Shown: piece by piece, positions 63,021-64,000 of the stretch | Layout of the letters: each line of letters begins with the position of its first letter | Position numbering within the stretch: the first letter of the stretch is position 1 | Origin: an uncultured Muribaculum sp. | GTDB taxonomy: Bacteria > Bacteroidota > Bacteroidia > Bacteroidales > Muribaculaceae | Length of the DNA: 64,000 nucleotides | Reading direction: 5' to 3' | NCBI GenBank assembly: GCA_910578785.1 | Contig: CAJTSJ010000011.1 | Coordinates: forward strand, 9,248 to 73,247 | Program-made: the position numbers and the translations under genes | Notes under the pieces: model-generated | What the model saw: only the letters and a program-made list of their open reading frames with translations | Database searches by the model: none | What the model was told of the DNA's origin: nothing

Positions 63021-63629
63021 TTAGTTCAGACATGGATTCTGAGGATGATAGCGCCACCATCGGTAGTCCTTGCCCAGACTTCTGACCATATCGTGCCAGT
63101 AGCTGTCGTCAGACCCGGTCAGCACACCGCCGTCGGGCAACGATGCGACAGCCCATACGTTCTGACGCAGTTCTGCATCAAGCTGTCCGGCATCCCAACC
63201 GCTGTAGCCAAGATAGAACCTCACATTTCCTTCCACCGGATAACCGGCATTAACGTAGTCAATAAGACAATCAAAATCCCCGCCTATATACAGACCCGTG
63301 TCGCGGATAGCCTTAGCTCCGGGGATTATGTCGCCAAGCGTATGGATGAAGTATAGCCGGTCATGCGACATCGGACCGCCGCAATACACCGGTATAGGCT
63401 CTTCGCGAGACACGTTGCCAACAAGGTCCGACAAAAAATAATCAGTCGATTTGTTCATGACCAATCCCATCGACACCTCGCCGTCTTCGTAATCGACGAG
63501 ACACACGACAGCGTGGTGGAAATAGCTCTCCTTCAAGAAGGGTTCAGCCACCAACAGAGATCCGGCGCAAGGTTTTTCATTCGGCAGATCGATATTAAAC
63601 AAGTGTGAATTCAACATTTTCATAAGCAC
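63021..63629 (-). CDS. YqgE/AlgH family protein
   Basis: GSLLVAEP, GLVMNK, YCGGP, FYLGYSGW.AGQL..EL. Confidence 0.92.
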   Translation of the reverse strand: MLMKMLNSHLFNIDLPNEKPCAGSLLVAEPFLKESYFHHAVVCLVDYEDGEVSMGLVMNKSTDYFLSDLVGNVSREEPIPVYCGGPMSHDRLYFIHTLGDIIPGAKAIRDTGLYIGGDFDCLIDYVNAGYPVEGNVRFYLGYSGWDAGQLDAELRQNVWAVASLPDGGVLTGSDDSYWHDMVRSLGKDYRWWRYHPQNPCLN

Positions 63630-63815
63630 ATCTATATTATACGGTTGTAAATATACAACAATTCATTCGATTATGCAAATCATTTCATTGTTTAGTCATT
63701 TTTTATCTACATAACTCCATATTTAAGTCCAATATCGACCAATCGCATCTGCCACAGCATATTGCACTTTATAGCGCAATTGACTATCTTTGCAAAAACT
63801 TCATTCGACAATATT

Positions 63816-64000
63816 ATGGCTAAAAAAGTTTCCGTCCTGCTTTTGGCTGCGTTTTTCGCAACCGCCGATATGTATTCCGACAACATTTCCGGCTCCTGGC
63901 ACGGAACTCTGCAAGTAACGCCCCAGGTGTCACTTAAGATCGGACTTAACATCGAAACCTCAAGCGACGGCGACGCCACAGCCTCCCTCGACTCGCCCGA
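63816..64000 (+). CDS. Exported protein, 5' part (probably an alpha/beta hydrolase); runs off the window edge
   Basis: Hand translation MAKKVSVLLLAAFFATADMYSDNISGSWHGTLQV...ASLDSP; TATCTTTG promoter element at 63785-63792. Confidence 0.6.
   Translation, partial: MAKKVSVLLLAAFFATADMYSDNISGSWHGTLQVTPQVSLKIGLNIETSSDGDATASLDSP

Overview
A 64 kb chromosomal segment from a Bacteroidales bacterium, probably Muribaculaceae-like. This is inferred from gene content, many TAnnTTTG -7 promoter elements and the lack of Shine-Dalgarno sites on core genes. Most of the window is housekeeping: pyrBI, pepP-eamA-menBCE, crp, priA, an S9 peptidase, a PorE-like lipoprotein, fabH-rpmF-yceD, aroB, AsmA, lptF/G, ribBA, engB, a RelA/SpoT homolog, an ABC transporter, prmA, typA, dcp and kdgK-eda. 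The exception is an AT-richer accessory island at about 28.3-36.3 kb. Read along the minus strand it contains: a RhuM/Fic-type fragment; a tyrosine-integrase C-terminal remnant absent from the ORF track; a nonsense-interrupted YhcG/DUF1016 PD-(D/E)xK nuclease gene with three in-frame DNA palindromes; and a promoter followed by nine unrelated, co-oriented membrane/exported genes. Three junctions in this array share the identical 19-mer AAGGAGGCAAGCGATGAAA, read in different frames. This looks like a recombination-built gene-cassette array with no recognisable attC or pdif sites, and it is the best candidate for an undescribed system. Also seen: a candidate sRNA at the island's left edge, a MITE-like palindrome upstream of pyrB, and a frameshifted DUF6377-type regulator. 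I recognised no rRNA, tRNA or CRISPR array. Family names come from motif recognition by eye, not from database searches.
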